DNA of 64,000 nt from Paraphysomonas bandaiensis (Eukaryota > Protista > Chrysophyceae): assembly GCA_965644295.1 (NCBI GenBank), contig CBFFRP010000297.1, forward strand, positions 930,001 through 994,000. The letters run 5' to 3'. Below, one piece after another: positions 13,376 through 25,842 of the stretch. A program made the position numbers and the translations under genes. The notes beneath the pieces were generated by a model, which was given only the letters and a program-made list of their open reading frames with translations, did no database searches and was not told where the DNA came from. Each line of letters opens with the position of its first letter. Position 1 is the stretch's first letter.

Positions 13376-14160
13376 TAAGCTTGACAAACTTCGCACACGC
13401 ACGCTCCCCCATCCCTGGTTTTACACCGCCATAACCAAACTAGCCAAAGCCGCATGAAACCCAACCACCCCCCAGGTTGAGCGCTACTGGACCGGCCACA
13501 TTACTGCCACACAAATGGCCGACGCATTCGGACGCCACATATCCAGCTCACTGCTCGATCATCAATTCCACGCCCTAGAAAAATCCATCGCCTCTACCCT
13601 ACTCCCCCTATATGATGGAGGGCTCCGCATGCTTCGCATTAGGGGACACAGACACCACAACGTAGACACGGCACCGGCGACACCGGTCCCGACACACGCA
13701 AAGCAACGCCAGCCCCAGAATACCCACCCGACACCAAAAGTACTCCAGCTACTCCAGGCGACATCCACCCCACGAACTACACTCTCTGCAAAAGCCCAGA
13801 CCCGACAGAGGCAAGCGCAACCACTCCGGAAACAACTCCTCCTTACTTGTGGCCGAAACCCCACCTCAACAACCAGCACCATCTCCACCACCGACTTGCA
13901 CTCTCATATACATCTCGCCTCACCCACCCCCCACATAATCCATGGCACAGGCCCGCCAGACACATTGCCCAAAGGTAGACCCCCCGACTAACCTCACTAC
14001 AAGGGACGGTTGCACCATGGTGCTCGCAGCGATGCACAAGCAGTTCCAAGACGGTTGCCCGCCACTAGTAGTATATAGCAAATCTAGTTATTAGTTAGTC
14101 TATAGACATAAACTAGTTTCTGTACGCAAACGTACTCATGTAATAATCAGACTTTCATAT
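13376..14160 (+). mobile_element. Probable 5'-truncated non-LTR retrotransposon insertion
   Basis: 785-bp C-rich segment flanked by a perfect 13-bp direct repeat ATCTTTCTCGTGA (13363-13375 and 14161-14173). It begins mid-ORF (...ERYWTGH...ADAFGRHIS...) with an in-frame stop. No RT domain or poly(A) tail seen. Confidence 0.55.
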
Positions 14161-14590
14161 ATCTTTCTCGTGACACAGTTCATGAAGACCGACTCAGAGC
14201 TGTGGACACACTGTTTATTAAGAGCCAAGGTTGAATACCCTGATATCTCAATAATATCAGTTTCAGCCACATTTTCCTACCACGTACTACTAGTATTAAG
14301 TATTAATTGTAGACACAGTAATATTTTACTCTGTTCACAATTCAATAGCTCTTATATATGGGTTTCTTCAGATTGCTAAATTTTAGCACGTTGCGTTTAC
14401 AAGGAACGCATCACAGTAGGCAGTGAGCACCACTGAGCCACCGCTAACACGTTATCGCAATGAAAAATATATTCATTAGCAGTGCATTGCTCTGCACAAG
14501 CTCAAATTTTCATACACTTGAAGGTCTACAACTACTGCTCGCAAGGCTAATACTAGGTGAGAATAAAAGCAGATTATCACTTCTACATCT

Positions 14591-17500
14591 CTACTCAATG
14601 GTGTACTCATCTGATGACATCAACTTGGTGATACCATATTGTATGGGGGACGCGCCATCCGTTGTTGTAACAGAAGCAACATCCACTGCACAGAAGAGCT
14701 GTGGAGAGGAAAAATTTACGTTGATAGGGAAAAATGCGTCCGTGCTATTCTGTTTAATAGTGAACTCGAAGCTTCCAGTGGAATTAGAGCTGTCAATAAG
14801 TGGAAGTTGCCACACAACCTCGTGGTTAGAGGCACTATGTTTGTAGCTCCCATCTACGGTGACAACATTGATAGGACTAGCAGTACCGAGAGGAATATGA
14901 ATGTCTACGTCATGTAGAGTGAGACTAGGCACATCCATGGAGTACTCGATGGATACAATCATGTTACCGCGCGACTCTTCCTCTGGCCAACAGTTAATCT
15001 TTATTGGAATCATATCTGAGTCGCTATTGGTGGAAAATGCCCACTTCAGAATACCTACAGGGCGGGCGGATGGGAACCCTTTGTTTGTGTCCTTCAGTTG
15101 TAACAAGCCGGATTTATCATATGCTCCCTTATTAATCTTTGGGTGGGTATTAAAGGTGAACTGATCAACATTAGATCCGGATTTCATCTGGACACTGCAG
15201 AGACCAGCATCGTCGTTGGACACAGTGAGACTGAGTGAACCTTTGATCTCAAAAGTCTCCACCACTCCATCCCTTGTGATGCGCGCATTAATCTTTTCCG
15301 TCACAGCCAACATTACTGGCTGCTGAACAACAGCGTGCTGAGGTTCTACAGCAGCAGTGTGCCCAACAGTCGCCCGAGATGAAACTACAGGTGCAAGTTT
15401 GTCTTCAGTCATAAGGGCATCCTCTAAGGACTTGTTCTTTGTGCCTTTAGAAGAGAGAGACATCCCCTTCACTGCAGCAGGCTTACGGCTCTCACTGTAT
15501 ACTGGGACCGACTCTCTCTCCGGTTCTGCAATACATGCGTAACGAAGTGCAATGTATTTACACGCAGTTCTAAAAGCTCTAGGCACTATACGCTACAACA
15601 TACTAACCACACATACCGCGGAAGGAGGTGCTCTGCACGCTTGATTGGTCGGAATACGTCGGTCCACCACCTCCTATACCCTGCATAGAAATTCCTTGCT
15701 TGGCCATGTCTCGTTGCCTCTCCCGGATAACCTTTGCGGCATCCTTCGCCTGATCTCGGGCAGATTCCATCTTGCTAATCTGAATCATCTTATGCAGTTT
15801 CTCTTCATGACTCTCCATTTCCAAATTGGTGCGGATTTGCTGTAGATTAATCGGCTCACGATATCCACCAGCAGTGATTACCTGCAGACCCTTGAGTACA
15901 GATAAACAAGTGGTGAACGACACACATACCTCGTCAAAAGCGAATAACAACTCAAAACATTTGTCAGTAACTTTCTCTTCGGTTAAGTTATTCGCTGTTC
16001 CGGCAACATCAGGAACGACTGTACGTGCAGACATTATGAGCAATACGACACCGATACATCTCCTAGAAACCTTTGGAGAGCAATCGCAACGTATCCAAGT
16101 CTTGAATTATATTACTAGCCTTGTTTGTAATGAGTAGTAGATAGAGATTCTCCATCGGCTGATAAACGTATCTGAACACTCGACCATTACATAACAATTA
16201 TACACATTTCACTACACATACCTGACGCTTTCTGTCTCCACGAACGTATGTTGCTTGGAATCTGATCCCAATAGCTTGGGGAAAGCAGCCAATAACCCCT
16301 GTTTGTTACATAGAAATCAGAAACCACACACCATCTGGCACATTTTCAACACCTCAATTCTAATTCTCGTCATTTCAACGAACTGGCGAGACATGAGCGC
16401 TGTATATATAATCGTAGTTAGTCTGGCAGGCACTTAATAACACACTAACACAGCACAGCCAGTAGACACTAATAGCGAACGATCAGCATATCAAGGTGGT
16501 AAACAATAAACACTACAAGTGGATCGTATCATCTTCTACCATATTATACTATATCATATTATATAGTAGAGTAAAATATTATAGTATATCAAACCATAGT
16601 ATATCATAGTATAGAATATTATATCATAATATTGTATAGTAGAGTACAGAACATCAAAACACAGTATAGTATACCATTGTATATAGTAGTATAGTATGTC
16701 ATAGTATAGTATATCATAGTGTAGTACATCACTGCATATCATTTTATATATCTTATCATAGTATATTACATCATAGTATAGTATTTCATATCATAATATA
16801 GTATATCATGGTATAGTGTAGTATAGTATATGATATCAGTGTATAGTAGTATATCAGTGTATAGTAGTATATCATATCAGTGTATAGTATAGTATATCAT
16901 ATCAGTGTATAGTAGTATATCATATCAGTGTATAGTAGTATATCATATCAGTGTATAGTAGTATATCAGTGTATAGTATAGTATATCATATCAGTGTATA
17001 GTAGTATATCATATCAGTGTATAGTAGTATATCATATCACTGTATAGTAGTATATCATATCAGTGTATAGTAGTATATCATATCAGTGTATAGTAGTATA
17101 TCATATCAGTGCATAGTAGTATATCATATCAGTGTATAGTAGTATATCATATCAGTGTATAGTAGTATATCATATCAGTGTATAGTATAGTATATCATAT
17201 CAGTGTATAGTAGTATATCATATCAGTGTATAGTAGTATATCATATCAGTGTATAGTAGTATATCATATCAGTGTATAGTAGTATATCATATCAGTGTAT
17301 AGTAGTATATCATATCAGTGTATAGTAGTATATCATATCAGTGTATAGTAGTATATCATATCAGTGTATAGTAGTATATCATATCAGTGTATAGTAGTAT
17401 ATCAGTGTATAGTAGTATATCATATCAGTGTATAGTAGTATATCATATCAGTGTATAGTAGTATATCATATCAGTGTATAGTAGTATATCAGTGTATAGT

Positions 17501-20500
17501 ATAGTATATCATATCAGTGTATAGTAGTATATCATATCAGTGTATAGTAGTATATCATATCAGTGTATAGTAGTATATCATATCAGTGTATAGTAGTATA
17601 TCATATCAGTGTGTAGTAGTATATCATATCAGTGTATAGTAGTATATCATATCAGTGTATAGTAGTATATCAGTGTATAGTATAGTATATCATATCAGTG
17701 TATAGTAGTATATCATATCAGTGTATAGTATAGTATATCATATCAGTGTATAGTAGTATATCAGTGTATAGTAGTATATCATATCAGTGTATAGTATAGT
17801 ATATCATATCAGTGTATAGTAGTATATCATATCAGTGTATAGTAGTATATCATATCAGTGTATAGTAGTATATCATATCAGTGTATAGTATAGTATATCA
17901 TATCAGTGTATAGTAGTATATCATATCAGTGTATAGTATAGTATATCATATCAGTGTATAGTAGTATATCATATCAGTGTATAGTAGTATATCATATCAG
18001 TGTATAGTAGTATATCATATCAGTGTATAGTAGTATATCATATCACTGTATAGTAGTATATCATATCAGTGTATAGTAGTATATCATATCAGTGTATAGT
18101 AGTATATCATATCAGTGTATAGTAGTATATCATATCAGTGTATAGTAGTATATCATATCAGTGTATAGTAGTATATCATATCAGTGTATAGTAGTATATC
18201 ATATCAGTGTATAGTAGTATATCAGTGTATAGTATAGTATATCATATCAGTGTATAGTAGTATATCATATCAGTGTATAGTAGTATATCATATCAGTGTA
18301 TAGTAGTATATCAGTGTATAGTAGTATATCAGTGTATAGTAGTATATCATATCAGTGTATAGTAGTATATCATATCAGTGTATAGTAGTATATCATATCA
18401 GTGTATAGTAGTATATCATATCAGTGTATAGTATAGTATATCATATCAGTGTATAGTAGTATATCATATCAGTGTATAGTAGTATATCATATCAGTGTAT
18501 AGTAGTATATCAGTGTATAGTAGTATATCATATCAGTGTATAGTATAGTATATCATATCAGTGTATAGTAGTATATCATATCAGTGTATAGTAGTATATC
18601 AGTGTATAGTATAGTATATCATATCAGTGTATAGTAGTATATCATATCAGTGTATAGTATAGTATATCATATCAGTGTATAGTAGTATATCAGTGTATAG
18701 TATAGTATATCATATCAGTGTATAGTAGTATATCATATCAGTGTATAGTATAGTATATCATATCAGTGTATAGTATAGTATATCATATCAGTGTATAGTA
18801 GTATATCATATCAGTGTATAGTAGTATATCATATCAGTGTGTAGTAGTATATCATATCAGTGTATAGTAGTATATCATATCAGTGTATAGTAGTATATCA
18901 GTGTATAGTATAGTATATCATATCAGTGTATAGTAGTATATCATATCAGTGTATAGTATAGTATATCATATCAGTGTATAGTAGTATATCAGTGTATAGT
19001 AGTATATCATATCAGTGTATAGTATAGTATATCATATCAGTGTATAGTAGTATATCATATCAGTGTATAGTAGTATATCATATCAGTGTATAGTAGTATA
19101 TCATATCAGTGTATAGTATAGTATATCATATCAGTGTATAGTAGTATATCATATCAGTGTATAGTATAGTATATCATATCAGTGTATAGTAGTATATCAT
19201 ATCAGTGTATAGTAGTATATCATATCAGTGTATAGTAGTATATCATATCAGTGTATAGTAGTATATCATATCACTGTATAGTAGTATATCATATCAGTGT
19301 ATAGTAGTATATCATATCAGTGTATAGTAGTATATCATATCAGTGTATAGTAGTATATCATATCAGTGTATAGTAGTATATCATATCAGTGTATAGTAGT
19401 ATATCATATCAGTGTATAGTAGTATATCATATCAGTGTATAGTAGTATATCAGTGTATAGTATAGTATATCATATCAGTGTATAGTAGTATATCATATCA
19501 GTGTATAGTAGTATATCATATCAGTGTATAGTAGTATATCAGTGTATAGTAGTATATCAGTGTATAGTAGTATATCATATCAGTGTATAGTAGTATATCA
19601 TATCAGTGTATAGTAGTATATCATATCAGTGTATAGTAGTATATCATATCAGTGTATAGTATAGTATATCATATCAGTGTATAGTAGTATATCATATCAG
19701 TGTATAGTAGTATATCATATCAGTGTATAGTAGTATATCAGTGTATAGTATAGTATATCATATCAGTGTATAGTAGTATATCATATCAGTGTATAGTAGT
19801 ATATCATATCAGTGTATAGTATAGTATATCATATCAGTGTATAGTAGTATATCATATCAGTGTATAGTAGTATATCATATCAGTGTATAGTAGTATATCA
19901 TATCAGTGTATAGTATAGTATATCATATCAGTGTATAGTAGTATATCATATCAGTGTATAGTAGTATATCATATCAGTGTATAGTAGTATATCATATCAG
20001 TGTATAGTAGTATATCATATCAGTGTATAGTATAGTATATCATATCAGTGTATAGTAGTATATCATATCAGTGTATAGTAGTATATCATATCAGTGTATA
20101 GTAGTATATCATATCAGTGTATAGTAGTATATCATATCAGTGTATAGTAGTATATCATATCAGTGTATAGTAGTATATCAGTGTATAGTATAGTATATCA
20201 TATCAGTGTATAGTAGTATATCATATCAGTGTATAGTAGTATATCATATCAGTGTATAGTAGTATATCAGTGTATAGTAGTATATCATATCAGTGTATAG
20301 TATAGTATATCATATCAGTGTATAGTAGTATATCATATCAGTGTATAGTAGTATATCATATCAGTGTATAGTAGTATATCAGTGTATAGTAGTATATCAT
20401 ATCAGTGTATAGTATAGTATATCATATCAGTGTATAGTAGTATATCATATCAGTGTATAGTAGTATATCATATCAGTGTATAGTAGTATATCATATCAGT

Positions 20501-22185
20501 GTATAGTAGTATATCATATCAGTGTATAGTAGTATATCATATCAGTGTATAGTATAGTATATCATATCAGTGTATAGTAGTATATCATATCAGTGTATAG
20601 TAGTATATCATATCAGTGTATAGTAGTATATCATATCAGTGTATAGTAGTATATCATATCAGTGTATAGTAGTATATCATATCAGTGTATAGTAGTATAT
20701 CATATCAGTGTATAGTAGTATATCATATCAGTGTATAGTAGTATATCATATCAGTGTATAGTAGTATATCATATCAGTGTATAGTAGTATATCATATCAG
20801 TGTATAGTAGTATATCATATCAGTGTATAGTAGTATATCAGTGTATAGTATAGTATATCATATCAGTGTATAGTAGTATATCATATCAGTGTATAGTAGT
20901 ATATCATATCAGTGTATAGTAGTATATCAGTGTATAGTAGTATATCAGTGTATAGTAGTATATCATATCAGTGTATAGTAGTATATCATATCAGTGTATA
21001 GTAGTATATCAGTGTATAGTAGTATATCATATCAGTGTATAGTATAGTATATCATATCAGTGTATAGTAGTATATCATATCAGTGTATAGTAGTATATCA
21101 TATCAGTGTATAGTATAGTATATCATATCAGTGTATAGTAGTATATCATATCAGTGTATAGTAGTATATCATATCAGTGTATAGTAGTATATCATATCAG
21201 TGTATAGTATAGTATATCATATCAGTGTATAGTAGTATATCATATCAGTGTATAGTAGTATATCATATCAGTGTATAGTAGTATATCATATCAGTGTATA
21301 GTAGTATATCATATCAGTGTATAGTATAGTATATCATATCAGTGTATAGTAGTATATCATATCAGTGTATAGTAGTATATCATATCAGTGTATAGTATAG
21401 TATATCATATCAGTGTATAGTAGTATATCATATCAGTGTATAGTAGTATATCATATCAGTGTATAGTAGTATATCATATCAGTGTATAGTAGTATATCAT
21501 ATCAGTGTATAGTAGTATATCATATCAGTGTATAGTAGTATATCATATCAGTGTATAGTATAGTATATCATATCAGTGTATAGTAGTATATCATATCAGT
21601 GTATAGTAGTATATCATATCAGTGTATAGTAGTATATCATATCAGTGTATTGTAGTATATCATATCAGTGTATAGTAGTATATCATATCAGTGTATAGTA
21701 TAGTATATCATATCAGTGTATAGTAGTATATCATATCAGTGTATTGTAGTATATCATATCAGTGTATTGTAGTATATCATATCAGTGTATAGTAGTATAT
21801 CATATCAGTGTATAGTAGTATATCATATCAGTGTATAGTAGTATATCATATCAGTGTATAGTAGTATATCATATCAGTGTATAGTAGTATATCATATCAG
21901 TGTATAGTAGTATATCATATCAGTGTATAGTAGTATATCATATCAGTGTATAGTGCAGTGTGTGGAGGGGTCGTCTCCTGTCAGTGTATATTAATATGCA
22001 TCATATGTGGCATACCACTAACAGCAATACATACATACACCTATATATACATATACACACATCTACATATACCAATACAGATATATAGACCTCTACATAT
22101 GCTTATATCCATATCCATACACTGATATATAGATAGGAGTACCTTTGCCTGTCTTGGTACATATTGCTGCACTAAGAACGACCAT
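14591..22185 (-). CDS. ARCN1: Coatomer subunit delta (delta-COP); exon 1 at 22143-22185, intron 1 at 16400-22142
   Basis: Exon 1 encodes [14 protein letters not shown] and splices in phase 1 to [16 protein letters not shown]. Later exons give [23 protein letters not shown] and a C-terminal mu-homology domain. Confidence 0.95.
16835..21953. repeat. Intronic satellite array, 23-bp unit ATCAGTGTATAGTAGTATATCAT with 18/20/25-bp variants
   Basis: About 5.1 kb of homogeneous tandem units, with a degenerate flank at ~16540-16835. Confidence 0.98.
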
Positions 22186-22751
22186 AATTTATTCAATAGA
22201 TGAGGGGTAACAAAGATTATTCGTTCAAGGAAGAATCCTTGTGTTATAATGTAATGCAATGGAGATATATGTATGTATGTTGATTATATATACACACAAA
22301 TATATACACACCTATATACACATACACCTACACGTACATACATATACACGTACACACATATACATACATACATATACATGTATACACACACATACATGAT
22401 ATACATGCATACACATACATATACATACATATATACATACAGCTGTGTGTATATGTGTATATTGCAGTGAAAAATACACTACACTATTCATAAAATCTCA
22501 CTCACCATCACCACAATTCCATCATCTTTCTACACCATACAAAAACATTCCTACACTCCACCTCAAACAAAAACAAACTGAAAATCGATTAAAGATATTT
22601 TCTATATGTATGGTGAAAGTATATCAAACCAATAAACTTACACACAAGTGTATGTATAGTACAGTCGTGTATGTATGTATGCAACTCCTCCCTTCATCTA
22701 CTATATGAATGTATGTATATTCCATTCACCCCCTTAAGTTCACGATAGAAT

Positions 22752-23524
22752 ATGAGGCACAACAACGGTATAATAAAATTATATATGAATGATATCATTG
22801 TTTTTGTAATGTTCATATTATTATAGTCGTACCCAACCAGCATTTCCATAAGGACTGGGATAAGCGTGTGAAGACATGGTTTCAGCAGCCTATTCAAAAG
22901 AAGATCCGTCGTGAAAGAAGGAAATTGAAGGCAGCACGTCTTGCACCTCGTCCTGCATCTGGTCCTCTTAGACCTCTTGTACACTGTCCTACTCAGAAGG
23001 TAATGCATATGATACATGAGTTGCTGTATAGTCATATATATATTACAGTACAGCAGCAAAGTCCGCACTGGACGTGGCTTTACTCTTGAGGAGCTCAAGG
23101 TATGAATCGATTCTAAAATTGTAGTATGTTGTTGTTTATGTCTATACAGGAAGCTGGTATTTCCGCCAAGCTTGCTCAGACCATCGGTATTGCTGTTGAC
23201 CACAGAAGAACCAACAAGTCTGTGGAATCTCTGCAGCTCAATGTCCAGCGTCTGAAGGAGTACAAGTCTCGTTTGATTGTGTTCCCCAGAAAGAGCAACA
23301 AGCCCAAGGCTGGTGATTCTTCCAAGGAAGAGCTCGCCCAGGCCCAGCAGATCAAGGGTGATATTGTCGCTGCCCCCGCCGCTGAACCCGCCGTTACCTT
23401 CGGCACCATCACAGACGAGATGAAGGCTTTCAAGGCTTACGGAACCATGCGTGCTGCTCGCAATGACGTTAAGCTTCTCGGGAAGCGATTGGTGAAGGCG
23501 AAGGCTGCTGAGGGTGACAAGTAA
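22752..23524 (+). CDS. RPL13: 60S ribosomal protein eL13 (multi-exon)
   Basis: [36 protein letters not shown] and VDHRRTNKS motifs joined across short GT-AG introns. The start may include a tiny upstream exon at ~22610. Confidence 0.96.
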
Positions 23525-23787
23525 ACCTTGCATTTGTAGTGTGACGTCTTTGAATTTGCCTATTCAAACCTTTTCGTCGTAATAAGGGGAGCATATATTA
23601 GAATTGAGTATGGTTATTGAATTGACAATAGTAAGGCAACACATTATTAGTAAGCTAGCATATAGAACTACTATGTACGTAAGAATTTAAGTAGGAAAGC
23701 AGACATGCGGGAAATCACTTTTACTTTCTTGGAGCATACATCAATTGTATATACCCCTCTGTAGATTTTCTTACACATCGTATATGT

Positions 23788-24584
23788 CAGGGCTAGGAAA
23801 CAATATATTGAATTGCAATACATTGTACAATATATTGCAATATATTGTAAAATATATTGATTGGTCGACCGGCCAAAAATCCCATCAATATTGTTTCTGT
23901 TAAAATATCTAACAATATATTGCAATATATTGCAATCAATATTATGATAGTCATATAAGAGAAGATTCTCAACTGTAGGGTGCAAAATGGATATAAATAA
24001 CCGAGAAATTGATTACAACTTTACAGAGGATGATGAAGATGATGTTGACTATGCGACTAAAAATCTTCAGCCAGCTCAAAAAATTAAGAAACGTACAGAT
24101 CCACGAGTCATTAACGGTTACCAGTCCCTGGTATGTACTTCCAATACATGGGAGCGTCTGTTCAGCGCAGCTAAACATATTATATCAGTGTTGCGCTAAA
24201 GTATCCATCCTACTTAATATGTTGTTGTTTCTGAAAGCAATTCGACAGTTGTGGCCGAATACTAGCATATTTCAATAAACTTTGTGGATGATATGGTGAT
24301 GTTGACGTCACCGCTGATGGCTCAGAGGATGAGAACTAGGTGGATATTTATTAGCTATAAGCAGTAGTTGGTTTGGTTGTCATGTGATCTTAATGACTAA
24401 CACTAAAAATGAAATCTACGGATGTGTTTACTTACTGATTACTCATACTAATATATTGCAATACATTGACAATATATTGCAATATATTGTAATTGTATTG
24501 TTGAGCCTGTTTAAAATCTCCATCAATACTATTGATGGAACGCTATCTAACAATAGTATTGCAATATATTGTTTCCTAGCCCTG
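23788..24584 (+). mobile_element. Non-autonomous hAT DNA transposon (797 bp)
   Basis: Perfect 23-bp TIR CAGGGCTAGGAAACAATATATTG and perfect 8-bp TSD GTATATGT (23780-23787, 24585-24592). Internal remnant CTSNTWERLFSAAK matches the hAT C-terminal dimerisation motif. Confidence 0.93.
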
Positions 24585-25041
24585 GTATATGTTATACGTG
24601 CCTACCTACAAACCTTTATATCATCAATTCTACATCTTGTATTTACTAGGTATTTCCCATAACTTTAGAGGTATCTTACAATTAAGAAATCACATATACG
24701 CGTATTACATATATATAAGTCATGCATAGCTATGAGAAATCCCGCGTAGTCTCAGCGAAGGCATTTTATTTGGCCTTGTTGATCAGGTCCAGCCCGTGTT
24801 TTCTTAACACTGCTGGAAGTGGTAAGTCTCATTATCTCGTTGGAAGAAATGAGTCACCCTCCAGTTGCATATCTACCAGCAACTATCATCTCCACATCAT
24901 CGTATTTAGCAGCTTCAGGGAGAGTGATTATTATCTGTTCCACGCGTCACTATACGTAATTACTTTACTGATACACTTCATTCTTATCCCGGGTAATCTC
25001 AACTGAATTGTCCCATTCCGAGGGCATGAGGACATGGCCAA

Positions 25042-25421
25042 AAAGTCGAGGTAATACCAAAACCTGGTAAAGCAATTTCACCAGGTTTCATATCTAAGTA
25101 TTGCGTTATTATTTTACTGTAATTTGTATCTGAGAGAATAAAGATAAAGAAAAAGTCGCAAGTATAGTTGTTATTAGCAGTATTTATTGCGTTACAAGTT
25201 GGCCCTGCTATAAAACTGAAGTAATATTTTATGGAAGAAATATTGCTGTAAAATTGAAGTAATATGGAAGAAATTAGTAAAAAGTATTATAAATAATACT
25301 TTTCATACTGTTATTATCTTCATAGTTATTTATTGTGCATAGTTATACCCTTTTCCAACCATCATCAAAAATTTCACCAAGGTTTACATCAAAAACCAGG
25401 TTTTGGTATTACCTCGACTTT
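25042..25421. mobile_element. MITE (~380 bp)
   Basis: 27-bp perfect TIR AAAGTCGAGGTAATACCAAAACCTGGT. A paralogous empty site GGCCAAAGTGTAGG lies on the reverse strand at ~30812-30825. The TSD is short and ambiguous (possibly AAA/TAA). Confidence 0.85.
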
Positions 25422-25842
25422 AAGTGTAGGCTCGCTGGTACACCACATATAATATCAAGCTTTTGCGCTGATTCTACCACCCGTCTACCCGAGTACCAAC
25501 GTAACTGACCGCATAGATCACGCGCAGATTCTGTTTCCGCCCCACATTGGCTTTCGCGTCGACTCGCTAAAACATATGTGTGTTAACTACCCTCAAACCT
25601 CTATCTCACTTTTCGAAATCACAAGAAAAGGTTACGAGAGCAACAACACTTCCAATTTGGAGTGCAGCCATCTTCAATATAGAACAGGAAAAATTCCTGC
25701 CGCAGGGCGAAAGATTCTGGACAAGGACCATCACCAAATCGCAACTATAGAAATTGTGTTTAGTGCGCAATATCACTGCTTTCTGGAACCTATTGCGCCT
25801 TTGAGGTTGCAATTGTACGCCTTCTCCAATCACTTTTCGAAA

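Noticed and set aside
16835-21953. Telomeric or centromeric repeat
   Set aside because: It has no G-rich telomere motif and lies inside a spliceable intron of a housekeeping gene. Nothing in the sequence supports centromere function.
22260-22470. Tyr/Thr/His-rich ORFs
   Set aside because: Translations of TA/CA microsatellite in the delta-COP/RPL13 intergenic region.
22694-23533. 279-aa ORF antisense to RPL13, and similar antisense ORFs over the phosphagen kinase, fibre and secreted-protein genes
   Set aside because: Shadow ORFs caused by codon bias in the real genes on the other strand.
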